From: Thermoproteota archaeon
GTDB lineage: Archaea > Thermoproteota > Nitrososphaeria_A > Caldarchaeales > Calditenuaceae
Assembly: GCA_030550155.1 (NCBI GenBank)
Contig: JAUQPZ010000018.1
Location: 1 to 31,782 of the forward strand
DNA length: 31,782 nucleotides
Direction of reading: 5' to 3'
Below the pieces are notes generated by a model that was given only the letters and a program-made list of their open reading frames with translations, was not told the origin of the DNA and did no database searches. Within the stretch, counting starts at the first letter, position 1, and the number at the start of each line of letters is the position of its first letter. Positions 15,548 through 23,516 of this stretch are shown piece by piece. The translations under genes and the position numbers were made by a program.

Positions 15548-16010
15548 AATAATTCTCAAGCGTCGAGTATTCTTTAGCTCTTTCTTCAGCTGACCCTCCA
15601 GCTCCTCCTACGCTTATATGGATATCGGAGCTGTCTCTCACCTCTCTGAAAACCCACCCTTTCCCGAGGAAGCGGACAGCTAGGACTGGCCGGGGACCAA
15701 ATTCCTTCTCACAATGTGGACACTTGACTCTGAATAGCTCTGCAAACCTTCTGAGCCGCTCCAGCTGCTCGGGCCTAACATAGATTGAGTCCCTGTTGGT
15801 TGACTTGACCTCTATGGCGTATAGCTCGCCCGCCTCCACTACTAGGAGGTCAGGCTTGAATGTCTTACCTGTCCCGCTGCCCGGGGTCCTCACAGCATAG
15901 TAGCCCGGCCTCTGAAGTGAGGTAAATTTCTTCATGAGGTAATACTCCCCCTCGTATCCTATCCGCATCCTATAGGAGCGCCTAAACGTGGTTGCAGGCC
16001 GTCTCGGCAT
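15354..16010 (-). CDS. hjc: Holliday junction resolvase Hjc-like nuclease with an abnormal C-terminal extension
   Basis: GYEGEYYL...YAVRTPGSG...KPDLLVV...YAIEVKS...IYVRPEQLERLRRFAE carries the Hjc catalytic pattern (E, D, ExK). ATG at 16010 (MPRRP...) is preferred over GTG 16094. The frame stays open about 65 codons into the SDR gene. Confidence 0.65.
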   Translation of the reverse strand: MPRRPATTFRRSYRMRIGYEGEYYLMKKFTSLQRPGYYAVRTPGSGTGKTFKPDLLVVEAGELYAIEVKSTNRDSIYVRPEQLERLRRFAELFRVKCPHCEKEFGPRPVLAVRFLGKGWVFREVRDSSDIHISVGGAGGSAEERAKEYSTLENYYASEREKSSHRGGHERGRPGNGSALRRARRQTSAGSEEDAALAGIDLRNSGEGRRSHTSKSRPV

Positions 16011-16179
16011 AGCTCCCAGATACTTGGATGGGAGGGTATAAGTGGATAGCTTTGACCCGCTACAAGGCAATACTGGTGTCTTAACGGTTCTCACCCGGCA
16101 TACATATTTTTTACTAGAAAACTATGCTAGGACATACCTATGTTAATAAAGTAGAATATTTACGATAGGGCCGTCTGCC

Positions 16180-16527
16180 ATGGCATGCTTCATTACCCCC
16201 CTAGTCGCTGCGGTGTTGCTAAGCCTGGCTGACCGTCGTTCGGGGAAGTGGAGGAGCAGTCTCAGACTGCTCACGTTGCTGATGTGGGGTGGAGCCGCGG
16301 CCCTCGTCGCAGACCACGTGATAACCGGTGAACTTGTCCCATGGCCTCCCTTCTTAACCGCTTGGAACCCGGCTGAGGGCCTGCTTCCCCTCTTGGAGGA
16401 AATAACATTCACGGGAGGCGCGATCACTATATCGATACTGGGTGTCTGGGGTGTAGCTCTCTTAGCGCCTCGGCTATTCTCTTCACAGACCATAGCTAAG
16501 ATTCGGTCCACGATTCTGAAAATCTAG
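16180..16527 (+). CDS. small hypothetical membrane protein (about 3 TM segments)
   Basis: Three hydrophobic stretches (CFITPLVAAVLLSLA; LRLLTLLMWGGAAALVADHVI; GGAITISILGVWGVALLAP). ATG at 16180 follows a TATA-like TTAATAAAGTAGAATATTTA. The opposite-strand ORF is S/R/P-rich and looks like an antisense artefact. Confidence 0.45.
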   Translation: MACFITPLVAAVLLSLADRRSGKWRSSLRLLTLLMWGGAAALVADHVITGELVPWPPFLTAWNPAEGLLPLLEEITFTGGAITISILGVWGVALLAPRLFSSQTIAKIRSTILKI

Positions 16528-16632
16528 GCCAGCTCCATTCTTTATGCCGCGCCTATCTTCTGAATTGTGCAGCCCTGCTCGATTATACATTTAATAGCTC
16601 TGTGTTATCTCTTCTTATCTGCCGAGCGGCTC

Positions 16633-17787
16633 ATGGGAAGAGCAAGGCAGCTATCAATCCTTTCTCTAAGCCACCTAGTTAATGACATGTATGGCAGTGT
16701 CTTGCCGCCCCTATACCCGCTCTTAGCCACCATCTACGGCCTCACTTATGCCGCAGCCGGCCTCTACACCGCCGCCTACCTCTTCGCATCTGCCTTCCTG
16801 CAGCCGCTATTCGGCTACATATTCGATCGATACCAGTTGAGATTCATGCTCCCCCTCTCGCTTGTCCTCGGAGCGGTGGGAATTGGCGTCCTAGGAGTTA
16901 TGGATAGTTTTGAGGCCTCACTCGTCTGTGTTGCGGTCGCGGGGATGGGGTCAGCTATCTATCACCCCATAGCCAGCGCATACTCCTCATATGAGTCGGA
17001 GAGGCGTGGATTGCTCTTCTCCATCTTCATGATAGCCGGGCGGGTGGGCGCCGCCGTCGCCCCGTTCCTTTCTTTGTGGGCTGCTCAGAGTTTCGGGCTA
17101 CGGGGGCTTGCCATCTTCGCGCTACCCACGGTTTTACTGCTCTATTTCACGTTCAGGCTGGGAGAATATGAGGGGGCGCGAACCAACGGAGCTATGAGCG
17201 AGGGGAGGGGCGCGATAGAGCCTTGTCTGTCGCGTAGAGATGTCTTTATTCTAACTTCTCTGGTGGCCTTGTCGGGGCTTGGGCTTCAGATAGCCGCCAA
17301 CGGCGTTGTGAGCTTCCTCTCTTTCTTGGCGGTTTGGCGCGGGTTTGGAAGCGAGTTTGGCGGCTTTCTCCTAACACTACTCTTTGTAGGCGCGATAGCC
17401 GGTGTCCCCCTGACCAGTTATCTCTCAGACCTCAAGGGCAGGTATACTATCTCGGTGATTCTTTTGGTGCTGGCCTCGGCGGTCATATTTCCGCTCCCCT
17501 TTGTCGACCCCGTGGGTATGGCTGGCGCCGTGATTAGTATAGGGGCATGCACTGTGTCCCTTCACACGTTGCTCATCTTAATAATGCATGAGATAATGCC
17601 GGGTCTCAAAGGGTTAGCGACCAGCGTGATTTATGGCGTCGCCCTCGGGGGTGGGGGACTCCTTGCGCCTCTCGTCGGCTACGTGATAGATGTCGGAGGA
17701 TTTCAGTACGGCTTTACATTCCTCTCCATTATGGGCTTCGCGTCCCTCATCCCTCTGACAATTGCTAAGCGTATGCAGCAGCGATGA
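16633..17787 (+). CDS. MFS transporter (Fsr-like by N-terminal motif)
   Basis: The hydrophobic profile shows about 12 TM segments, and the N-terminus has LSHLVNDMYG. ATG at 16633 is preceded about 30 nt upstream by GATTATACATTTAATA. The ORF-track start at 16567 is probably too long. Confidence 0.8.
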   Translation: MGRARQLSILSLSHLVNDMYGSVLPPLYPLLATIYGLTYAAAGLYTAAYLFASAFLQPLFGYIFDRYQLRFMLPLSLVLGAVGIGVLGVMDSFEASLVCVAVAGMGSAIYHPIASAYSSYESERRGLLFSIFMIAGRVGAAVAPFLSLWAAQSFGLRGLAIFALPTVLLLYFTFRLGEYEGARTNGAMSEGRGAIEPCLSRRDVFILTSLVALSGLGLQIAANGVVSFLSFLAVWRGFGSEFGGFLLTLLFVGAIAGVPLTSYLSDLKGRYTISVILLVLASAVIFPLPFVDPVGMAGAVISIGACTVSLHTLLILIMHEIMPGLKGLATSVIYGVALGGGGLLAPLVGYVIDVGGFQYGFTFLSIMGFASLIPLTIAKRMQQR

Positions 17788-17796
17788 ACTCCCCAG

Positions 17797-18783
17797 CTAC
17801 TCCTCTCTGGAGTATGGCTTCCCGAGAGCCGCGGGCGCAGGTATCCTACCTCGACTAGCCAGTGATATGGCTATGAGGGTCAAGATTGTTATAACGTATG
17901 GTAGCATCATCACGAGCTGAGGTGTCTCGGCGCCGAAGCCGCGAAGTGGGATGCGGAACTGTAACGCCTCTACTCCCCCAAAGAGGTAGGCGGCGGCTAT
18001 GGCTCTGAGGGGGCTCCAAGATGCCAAGATGACTAGGCTTAGAGCTATGAACCCCCTGCTCCTCGTGAGATCTTCAACCCAGAAGGGCTGATATCCGATG
18101 TAGAGGTAGGCTCCCGCAACTCCTGCGAGGGCTGAGCCCACCATGACGGCCAGATATCGCACCAAGTAGATGTTGACCCCAGCCGAGTCCGCCAAGGCCG
18201 GGTTCTCGCCGACGCTTCTCAGAGAGAGCCCCCACTTGGTCTTGAAGAGCACAAACCAGAGCAGGATAGCTAGTGCTACTCCGGCATAGACGAGGACGTT
18301 TTGAGAGAAAAAGGCTCTTCCGATGATTGGGGTCTCAGCGAGAGGTCCTAATCTAAGGTCTGGGAGCCTGGGCGCCTGTTTCAGCTCAGCGAGATGTGAT
18401 GGGACATTGGGGTTGAGGGCTCTGAGAAGGTCTCTGGCAACTTCGGGCGCGCCCATGAATCCGCTGAGGCCAAGTCCGAGCCAAGTTATCGCGAGGCCCA
18501 CAGCTATCTGGTTGAGCCTCAGAGATACTGTGAGAAATGCGTGCAGCAGTCCCAGCAGACCGCCTATCAGAGCCGCGCTGAGTATAGCTACCAAGTGGCC
18601 GTAGGCGAGGGTTACAAGGAAGGAGGTTATTGCGCCCATGGCCATGATGCCCTCAAGCCCCAGATTGATTACCCCAGCCCTCTCTGTGAAACACTCGCCC
18701 ACGGAGGCTATGAGGTAGATGGTGCCCGCGGAGATCGCGCTTGCTAAGATAGCCTCAGCGATTGAGAACGCCTCAAATGTCAA
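17797..18783 (-). CDS. ABC transporter permease (BMP/nucleoside-sugar type, BPD_transp_2)
   Basis: A polytopic membrane protein with the LGLEGIM motif typical of this permease family. The TTG start overlaps the upstream stop by 4 nt. Confidence 0.85.
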   Translation of the reverse strand: MTFEAFSIAEAILASAISAGTIYLIASVGECFTERAGVINLGLEGIMAMGAITSFLVTLAYGHLVAILSAALIGGLLGLLHAFLTVSLRLNQIAVGLAITWLGLGLSGFMGAPEVARDLLRALNPNVPSHLAELKQAPRLPDLRLGPLAETPIIGRAFFSQNVLVYAGVALAILLWFVLFKTKWGLSLRSVGENPALADSAGVNIYLVRYLAVMVGSALAGVAGAYLYIGYQPFWVEDLTRSRGFIALSLVILASWSPLRAIAAAYLFGGVEALQFRIPLRGFGAETPQLVMMLPYVITILTLIAISLASRGRIPAPAALGKPYSREE

Positions 18784-19907
18784 GCCACAACACCCCGCCC
18801 CAGCCTCAAGACCCTGATCCTATACCGCTTCACGAACTCGGCAACTATGGTGGCCAAGAATATCAACGCCATTATTATCTCGACGCCTGACTTGGGCATC
18901 TGAATGCCTGCTTGAAGGAGGTCTCCGCCTGTGAGTAGCATGCCGAATAGGATGGAAGACATGAAGACGGCGGGTGGATAAAGGCCCCCAAGCATCGAGG
19001 CTATTATTGCGTGGTATCCGTAGCCGGGCGAGGCCCCGGGGCGCATCCTTCCGATTAGCCCGCTGACAACGATAAGCCCCGCCAACCCCGCCAAAGCGCC
19101 TGATATGAAGACGCCTCTAAGGAGGGTGGAGGCTGTCGGCACCCCCGCGTATCTCGAGGCAAAGATGTTCAGTCCAAGGACTCTTGACTCGAAACCGAAG
19201 ACGGTAAATCTGAAGACTAGATAGGTGAGCGCGGTGATTACTCCGACTATCATAAGGTAGGTTATAGCCTCGGATACTCCAGGTATCATAAACTTTGAGC
19301 TTGCGGGGAAGGCGACGGTCTGGGCGAACCCGTATCCGGCCGGGTCTTTCCAGGGGCCATGGATTAGATAGTCGGCCAGCAGGATGGCTGTGTAATTGAG
19401 CATCAGCGTCGTGATTATCTCGTTGGCGCCGAACTTGATTCTGAGGAGGGCCGGAATCAGGCTCCAAACCCCTCCAGCAAGCATAGAGGCCGCGGCCACG
19501 GCGGGTAGCAGGAGCTCCTCCCCAAGACCAATCCCAGCTTTCTGAAGTATGACGACCCCCGTGGCAGCAATCATTCCCAGGTATAGCTGTCCCTCTGCAC
19601 CTATGTTCCAGAAGCCCATCCTGTAGGAGTAGCAGAGCCCGATTGCGGCCAAGATGATAGGTGTCGAGCGCCTGAAAACCTCTTCAAGCATGATGGCGCT
19701 TGTGAGCGTTGTAAAGAAGGACCTGTATATCTGAGGCGCGCTGAATCCCAAGAGCTGGAAGATTAGCCCAGAGACCAGGAACGCCAGTATCAGCATTCCG
19801 AGTGTTACAGATATGGAGAACCGCGTGCCTATCTCGGCCCTTCTCTCGAAACTCACCTGCAGTCCGAGCGAGTTTAGAGTGCTACGCCGCTGCACTAACG
19901 GGAACAC
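18780..19907 (-). CDS. ABC transporter permease (BMP/nucleoside-sugar type, BPD_transp_2)
   Basis: A polytopic membrane protein containing FWNIGAEGQLYLG. It overlaps the ATPase gene by 26 nt, so the start may be a downstream GTG. Confidence 0.85.
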   Translation of the reverse strand: MFPLVQRRSTLNSLGLQVSFERRAEIGTRFSISVTLGMLILAFLVSGLIFQLLGFSAPQIYRSFFTTLTSAIMLEEVFRRSTPIILAAIGLCYSYRMGFWNIGAEGQLYLGMIAATGVVILQKAGIGLGEELLLPAVAAASMLAGGVWSLIPALLRIKFGANEIITTLMLNYTAILLADYLIHGPWKDPAGYGFAQTVAFPASSKFMIPGVSEAITYLMIVGVITALTYLVFRFTVFGFESRVLGLNIFASRYAGVPTASTLLRGVFISGALAGLAGLIVVSGLIGRMRPGASPGYGYHAIIASMLGGLYPPAVFMSSILFGMLLTGGDLLQAGIQMPKSGVEIIMALIFLATIVAEFVKRYRIRVLRLGRGVVA

Positions 19908-21453
19908 CTCGCGACATCATGGAGCCGAGAACTTCGGCCGAGGCCTCACTCCTCTTAATCACCCCCACGATCCTTCCACCATACATCACAGCGATTCTGT
20001 CGCTGAGCTCCAGCACCTCATCAAGGTCCTCGCTCACCATCAATATCCCAACCTTCTCGTCTCTGAGGCCGAGGAGAATGCGCTTCACCTGCTCAGTCGC
20101 CGCGATGTCGAGGCCCTTCGTAGGGTAGGCCGCGACAAGGAGAAGAGGATTCGAGGTCGTCAACTCCCTGCCCAGAATGAGCCTCTGAACATTCCCGCCC
20201 GAGAGCGACCCAGCGCGAGCCTTAACCGACGAAGCGTCAACTCTGAACTCTGTGACGACCCGCTGAGCAGTCTTGATGATGCTCTCCCACTTAATCATAC
20301 CTAGCCGCGAATACGGCTGCCTCCTTATGACGCGCAGAGCCACGTTTTCATAGATGCTGAGCTCCGGCACTATACCCCACTTTTTGCCCTCGGGCGGGAT
20401 ATATGATAGCCCCAGCTCAAAAAGCCTCCGCGGAGACGCGCCTGCTATGTCCAACCCGTTTAGAATTATCTTTCCGCGCAAGGGTTTTCTCAGGCCTGTG
20501 ATAGCCTCGACGAGCTCGACCTGACCGTTACCGCTGACACCAGCTATGCAGAGTATCTCTCCGCGATAGACTGTTAGATTCACATCCCTGACAGCTAGGA
20601 CGCCGCTATCACCCATTACTGAGAGGTTAGAGATTTTTAGGATAGGCTCCTTCTCGCCCTGCTCCCCCCTAGCCCGGGACACCACTCCCTCAATCTGCGT
20701 CCCCACCATCGCTATCGATAGCTCCTCAATCGTTACCTCGCTTGTCGGCCTTGTGAGAACTACGCGGCCCCGCCTCATCACAGTAATCCTGTCGCTCACG
20801 CTTAGAGCCTCGCTGAGCTTATGCGTAATCAGAACCACACTCTTTCCATCCTCCACCATCCGCCTCATCGTCTTGAAGAGCATCCGGGTCTCAATCGGTG
20901 TGAGAACGCTGGTCGGCTCATCTAGCAGAAGAATGTCCGCGCCTCTCACCAGAAGTTTAAGAAGCTCAACCTGCTGCTTCTCGCCAGGTGAGAGGCCTCC
21001 AACCCGCGCCCTCGGATTCAGCTTCCAGCCATAGTTTGACGCAAGCTCCTCCAGTCTTGATTCAAGCGACCGCCAGTTAGGGACAAATCCGAGTTCCCTG
21101 TGGTTGAGAAACACGTTCTCCACGACCGTGTGTGCTTCAATTAGCCTGAAGTCCTGGTGAACCATACCGATTCCGAGTTTGATCGCGTCGCGCGGGCTCC
21201 GCAGCTTGACGGGGACTCCGCGCACCCTTATGGTCCCCGAGTCCGGAGTATAGATTCCGTAGAGGATATTCATCAGGGTTGTTTTGCCCGCCCCATTCTC
21301 CCCAAGCAGCGCGTGGACCTCGCCCTCATAGATCGTAAAATCCACGTTGTCGTTGGCCAGAACTCCGGGAAACCTCTTAACGATGCCCCGCATCTCCACC
21401 TTAGGGCTTGGAGAGGGGGAATGGCCTGACTTTTCAGCGCCGCGGTCCAACAA
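19882..21453 (-). CDS. ABC transporter ATP-binding protein with two fused ATPase cassettes
   Basis: Walker A GENGAGKTT and GVSGNGQ, signatures LSPGEKQ and LSGGNVQ, and Walker B LLLDEPT. The start is uncertain: TTG 21453, or GTG/ATG about 19-21 codons in. Confidence 0.9.
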   Translation of the reverse strand: MLDRGAEKSGHSPSPSPKVEMRGIVKRFPGVLANDNVDFTIYEGEVHALLGENGAGKTTLMNILYGIYTPDSGTIRVRGVPVKLRSPRDAIKLGIGMVHQDFRLIEAHTVVENVFLNHRELGFVPNWRSLESRLEELASNYGWKLNPRARVGGLSPGEKQQVELLKLLVRGADILLLDEPTSVLTPIETRMLFKTMRRMVEDGKSVVLITHKLSEALSVSDRITVMRRGRVVLTRPTSEVTIEELSIAMVGTQIEGVVSRARGEQGEKEPILKISNLSVMGDSGVLAVRDVNLTVYRGEILCIAGVSGNGQVELVEAITGLRKPLRGKIILNGLDIAGASPRRLFELGLSYIPPEGKKWGIVPELSIYENVALRVIRRQPYSRLGMIKWESIIKTAQRVVTEFRVDASSVKARAGSLSGGNVQRLILGRELTTSNPLLLVAAYPTKGLDIAATEQVKRILLGLRDEKVGILMVSEDLDEVLELSDRIAVMYGGRIVGVIKRSEASAEVLGSMMSRGVPVSAAA

Positions 21454-21570
21454 GGGCCCCAGACTTAGAATTCCTCACCAGCTCATAAAGGGGAGTATCC
21501 GAGTACCCCTCAATTTTACACGAACGTGTCAAAGAACATGAACATGCAAAATTTCGCCACGGCTGAAATG

Positions 21571-21584
21571 CTTATTTTTAAATG
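21571..21584 (+). promoter_or_regulatory. TATA box (CTTATTTTTAAATG) for the binding-protein gene
   Basis: Centred about 27 nt upstream of ATG 21605. Confidence 0.4.
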
Positions 21585-21604
21585 CCCAGCAACAGTACAG
21601 GCCG

Positions 21605-22930
21605 ATGAGCCGGGAAAAAATCTCGAGAAGGAGATTTCTGTCGGGAGCTTCTCGCGCCGCAGTAGTTGGTGGCGCCGCCGCAGGCCTAGTGATAGGGGGT
21701 GTGGGCGGCTATTTCGCGGGTCAGTCAACCGCGCCTGTAACCACCAAGACAACTACCGTGGCCACGACCGTGACGGCTGAGAGGGGGGCTATAAGGGCAG
21801 GATACTTCTACCCAGGCCCCGCCAAAGACTATGGCTGGTCCTATGCTCATGACCTGGGCCGGAGGTATGCAGACTCCAAGGTTCCAGGGTCGAGCAGCGC
21901 CTATATCGAGCTGGTCCCTGACCCCGAGGCCTCCTCAGCCATCAAGAGCCTCCTAGACCAAGGTGCCAACCTGATATTCGCATGCAGCTTCGGGTTCATG
22001 GATGCAATGGTCGAGGCGGCCCGCAACAACCCTGATAAATATTTCGTCCACATCTCAGGGTATAAGAGTGGCGCGGCCCCAGAGCCTAACAAAACCACGC
22101 CCAACATGAGCACAGCTTTCGCCGAGTTCTATCAGCTCTATTACCTGAACGGGCTGGCCGCGGGAGCAGTAACGCAGACAGGAGTGGTGGGCTATGTGGG
22201 AGCCTTCCCCATACCTGAGGTCGTGAGGCACATAAACGCTTTCGTTCTAGGAGCTAACGTGACATACAAGAGACGAACAGGCAAGAACATCAAGGCCTAT
22301 GTCTTATGGATTAACAGCTGGGTCGACCCACCCAAAGCTCGGGAAGCAGCCATAGCCCTCATTGAGGACCAGAACGCCGACGTGCTAGGATACACCGAGG
22401 ACACACCCACAGTTCTCCAAGTAGCGGAGGAATACACCACACAGAAAGGGAGGCGAGTATGGAGCTTCAGCCACTACAGCGACATGACACAGTTCGGACC
22501 GAATGCGCATCTCACAGGCCAGATAGTTAACTGGGGCCCAATCTACGCTCATTTCTACAGGTTGGTTGCCACTAACAGCTGGGAGCCCGAGGACATCTGG
22601 ACGAGGCTAGGAGACATGACGCCTTGGAGGTGGAGTAGGCCTATCGCGGAGAGCTTGGCGGGACAGCCCGACGGCACAGTCTACCTCGCACCGCTCAGCC
22701 CAGCCATACCTGCAGAGACAACAAGAGAGATCAAGCAGAGATATGAGGAGATGAAAGAGCTGGTATTCGAGCCCTTCTCGCCCGAAGGCAACCTAGGAGA
22801 GCCCATCAGAGACCAGGACGGAAACATACGAATCGACAAAGGCCAGAGGGCCAATAGAGAGTTCCTCTGGAGCGACAAAACAATGAATTTCTTCGTCGAG
22901 TATATCGAGTCACCTTTCCCAAGGGGCTAA
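21605..22930 (+). CDS. BMP-family (PnrA/Med-like) ABC substrate-binding protein, membrane anchored
   Basis: Twin-arginine-like SRRRFLSG, a hydrophobic anchor, a Thr-rich linker (TAPVTTKTTTVATTVTA), then a BMP-like periplasmic-binding fold (GYFYPGPAKDYGWSYAH...). Confidence 0.85.
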   Translation: MSREKISRRRFLSGASRAAVVGGAAAGLVIGGVGGYFAGQSTAPVTTKTTTVATTVTAERGAIRAGYFYPGPAKDYGWSYAHDLGRRYADSKVPGSSSAYIELVPDPEASSAIKSLLDQGANLIFACSFGFMDAMVEAARNNPDKYFVHISGYKSGAAPEPNKTTPNMSTAFAEFYQLYYLNGLAAGAVTQTGVVGYVGAFPIPEVVRHINAFVLGANVTYKRRTGKNIKAYVLWINSWVDPPKAREAAIALIEDQNADVLGYTEDTPTVLQVAEEYTTQKGRRVWSFSHYSDMTQFGPNAHLTGQIVNWGPIYAHFYRLVATNSWEPEDIWTRLGDMTPWRWSRPIAESLAGQPDGTVYLAPLSPAIPAETTREIKQRYEEMKELVFEPFSPEGNLGEPIRDQDGNIRIDKGQRANREFLWSDKTMNFFVEYIESPFPRG

Positions 22931-22949
22931 AACATCCATCAGTCACAAC

Positions 22950-22955
22950 TTTTTT
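22950..22955 (+). terminator. oligo-T tract (T6) downstream of the binding-protein gene
   Basis: TTTTTT begins 20 nt after the TAA stop (22928-22930). Archaeal termination commonly occurs at oligo-T. Confidence 0.4.
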
Positions 22956-23048
22956 GAGACCCACTCACAGAGAGTAGCTTACGCCTACCTATTCTCAGCA
23001 GACCTGTCTCCTGACACTTAAATACGAGTCGTAAAAAGTATAGAAAGA

Positions 23049-23231
23049 ATGGCGGTAAAGACAGTCACATTCCCACGCTGCACATCATGCAATAGGCCCA
23101 TAACACCAGACATGAAGTCTGTCCACTTCCCATGCCCAAACTGTGCCAGAGTCTCGATATGGCGATGCGAGATTTGCAGAGAGCTTGCGAGGCTCTACAC
23201 GTGTCCAGCTTGCGGCTTCGAGGGGCCCTGA
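23049..23231 (+). CDS. small Zn-ribbon protein (COG2888-like, four CxxC pairs)
   Basis: A 60-aa protein with CTSC, CPNC, CEIC and CPAC. It lies immediately upstream of aEF-1beta, which is the conserved archaeal neighbourhood for this family. Confidence 0.7.
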   Translation: MAVKTVTFPRCTSCNRPITPDMKSVHFPCPNCARVSIWRCEICRELARLYTCPACGFEGP

Positions 23232-23232
23232 T

Positions 23233-23505
23233 ATGGCGCGCGTAGTGCTAGCGGTAAGAGTTATGCCTCAAGACTCTGAGGTGGACCTGGAGGCTCTGAG
23301 CTCGGAGCTGGAGGGGAGGCTTCCTCAAGATTTCAAGATACTCTCAATAAGCAGAGAGGCGGTAGCCTTCGGCCTCGAAAGCCTCCTAGTATGGTTCTCA
23401 GTCCCCGAGCAGGAAGGCGTAACTGAGGCATTGGAGAACTACTTATCCTCAATCGACGGCATCGGAGAGTTTAGCGTAGAGGCCATGTCACGCACAAGCG
23501 GGTAA
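23233..23505 (+). CDS. ef1b: translation elongation factor aEF-1beta
   Basis: MARVVLAVRVMPQDSEVDLEALSSELEGRLPQDFKILSISREAVAFGLESLLVWFSVPEQEG... is collinear with the Sulfolobus aEF-1beta I recall (VLKVFPDSDEV...EPIAFGL...MPEQ). The ATG at 23233 lies one nt after the upstream TGA. The first 30 codons of the track ORF are an out-of-gene extension. Confidence 0.8.
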   Translation: MARVVLAVRVMPQDSEVDLEALSSELEGRLPQDFKILSISREAVAFGLESLLVWFSVPEQEGVTEALENYLSSIDGIGEFSVEAMSRTSG

Positions 23506-23516
23506 TAAAAGGACGC

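Noticed and set aside
16143-16511. A 122-aa minus-strand ORF opposite the small membrane-protein ORF.
   Set aside because: Its composition is Ser/Arg/Pro/Ala-rich with no hydrophobic or globular pattern. The plus-strand frame gives three clean TM helices and has a TATA-like element at the right distance. Neither ORF is proven.
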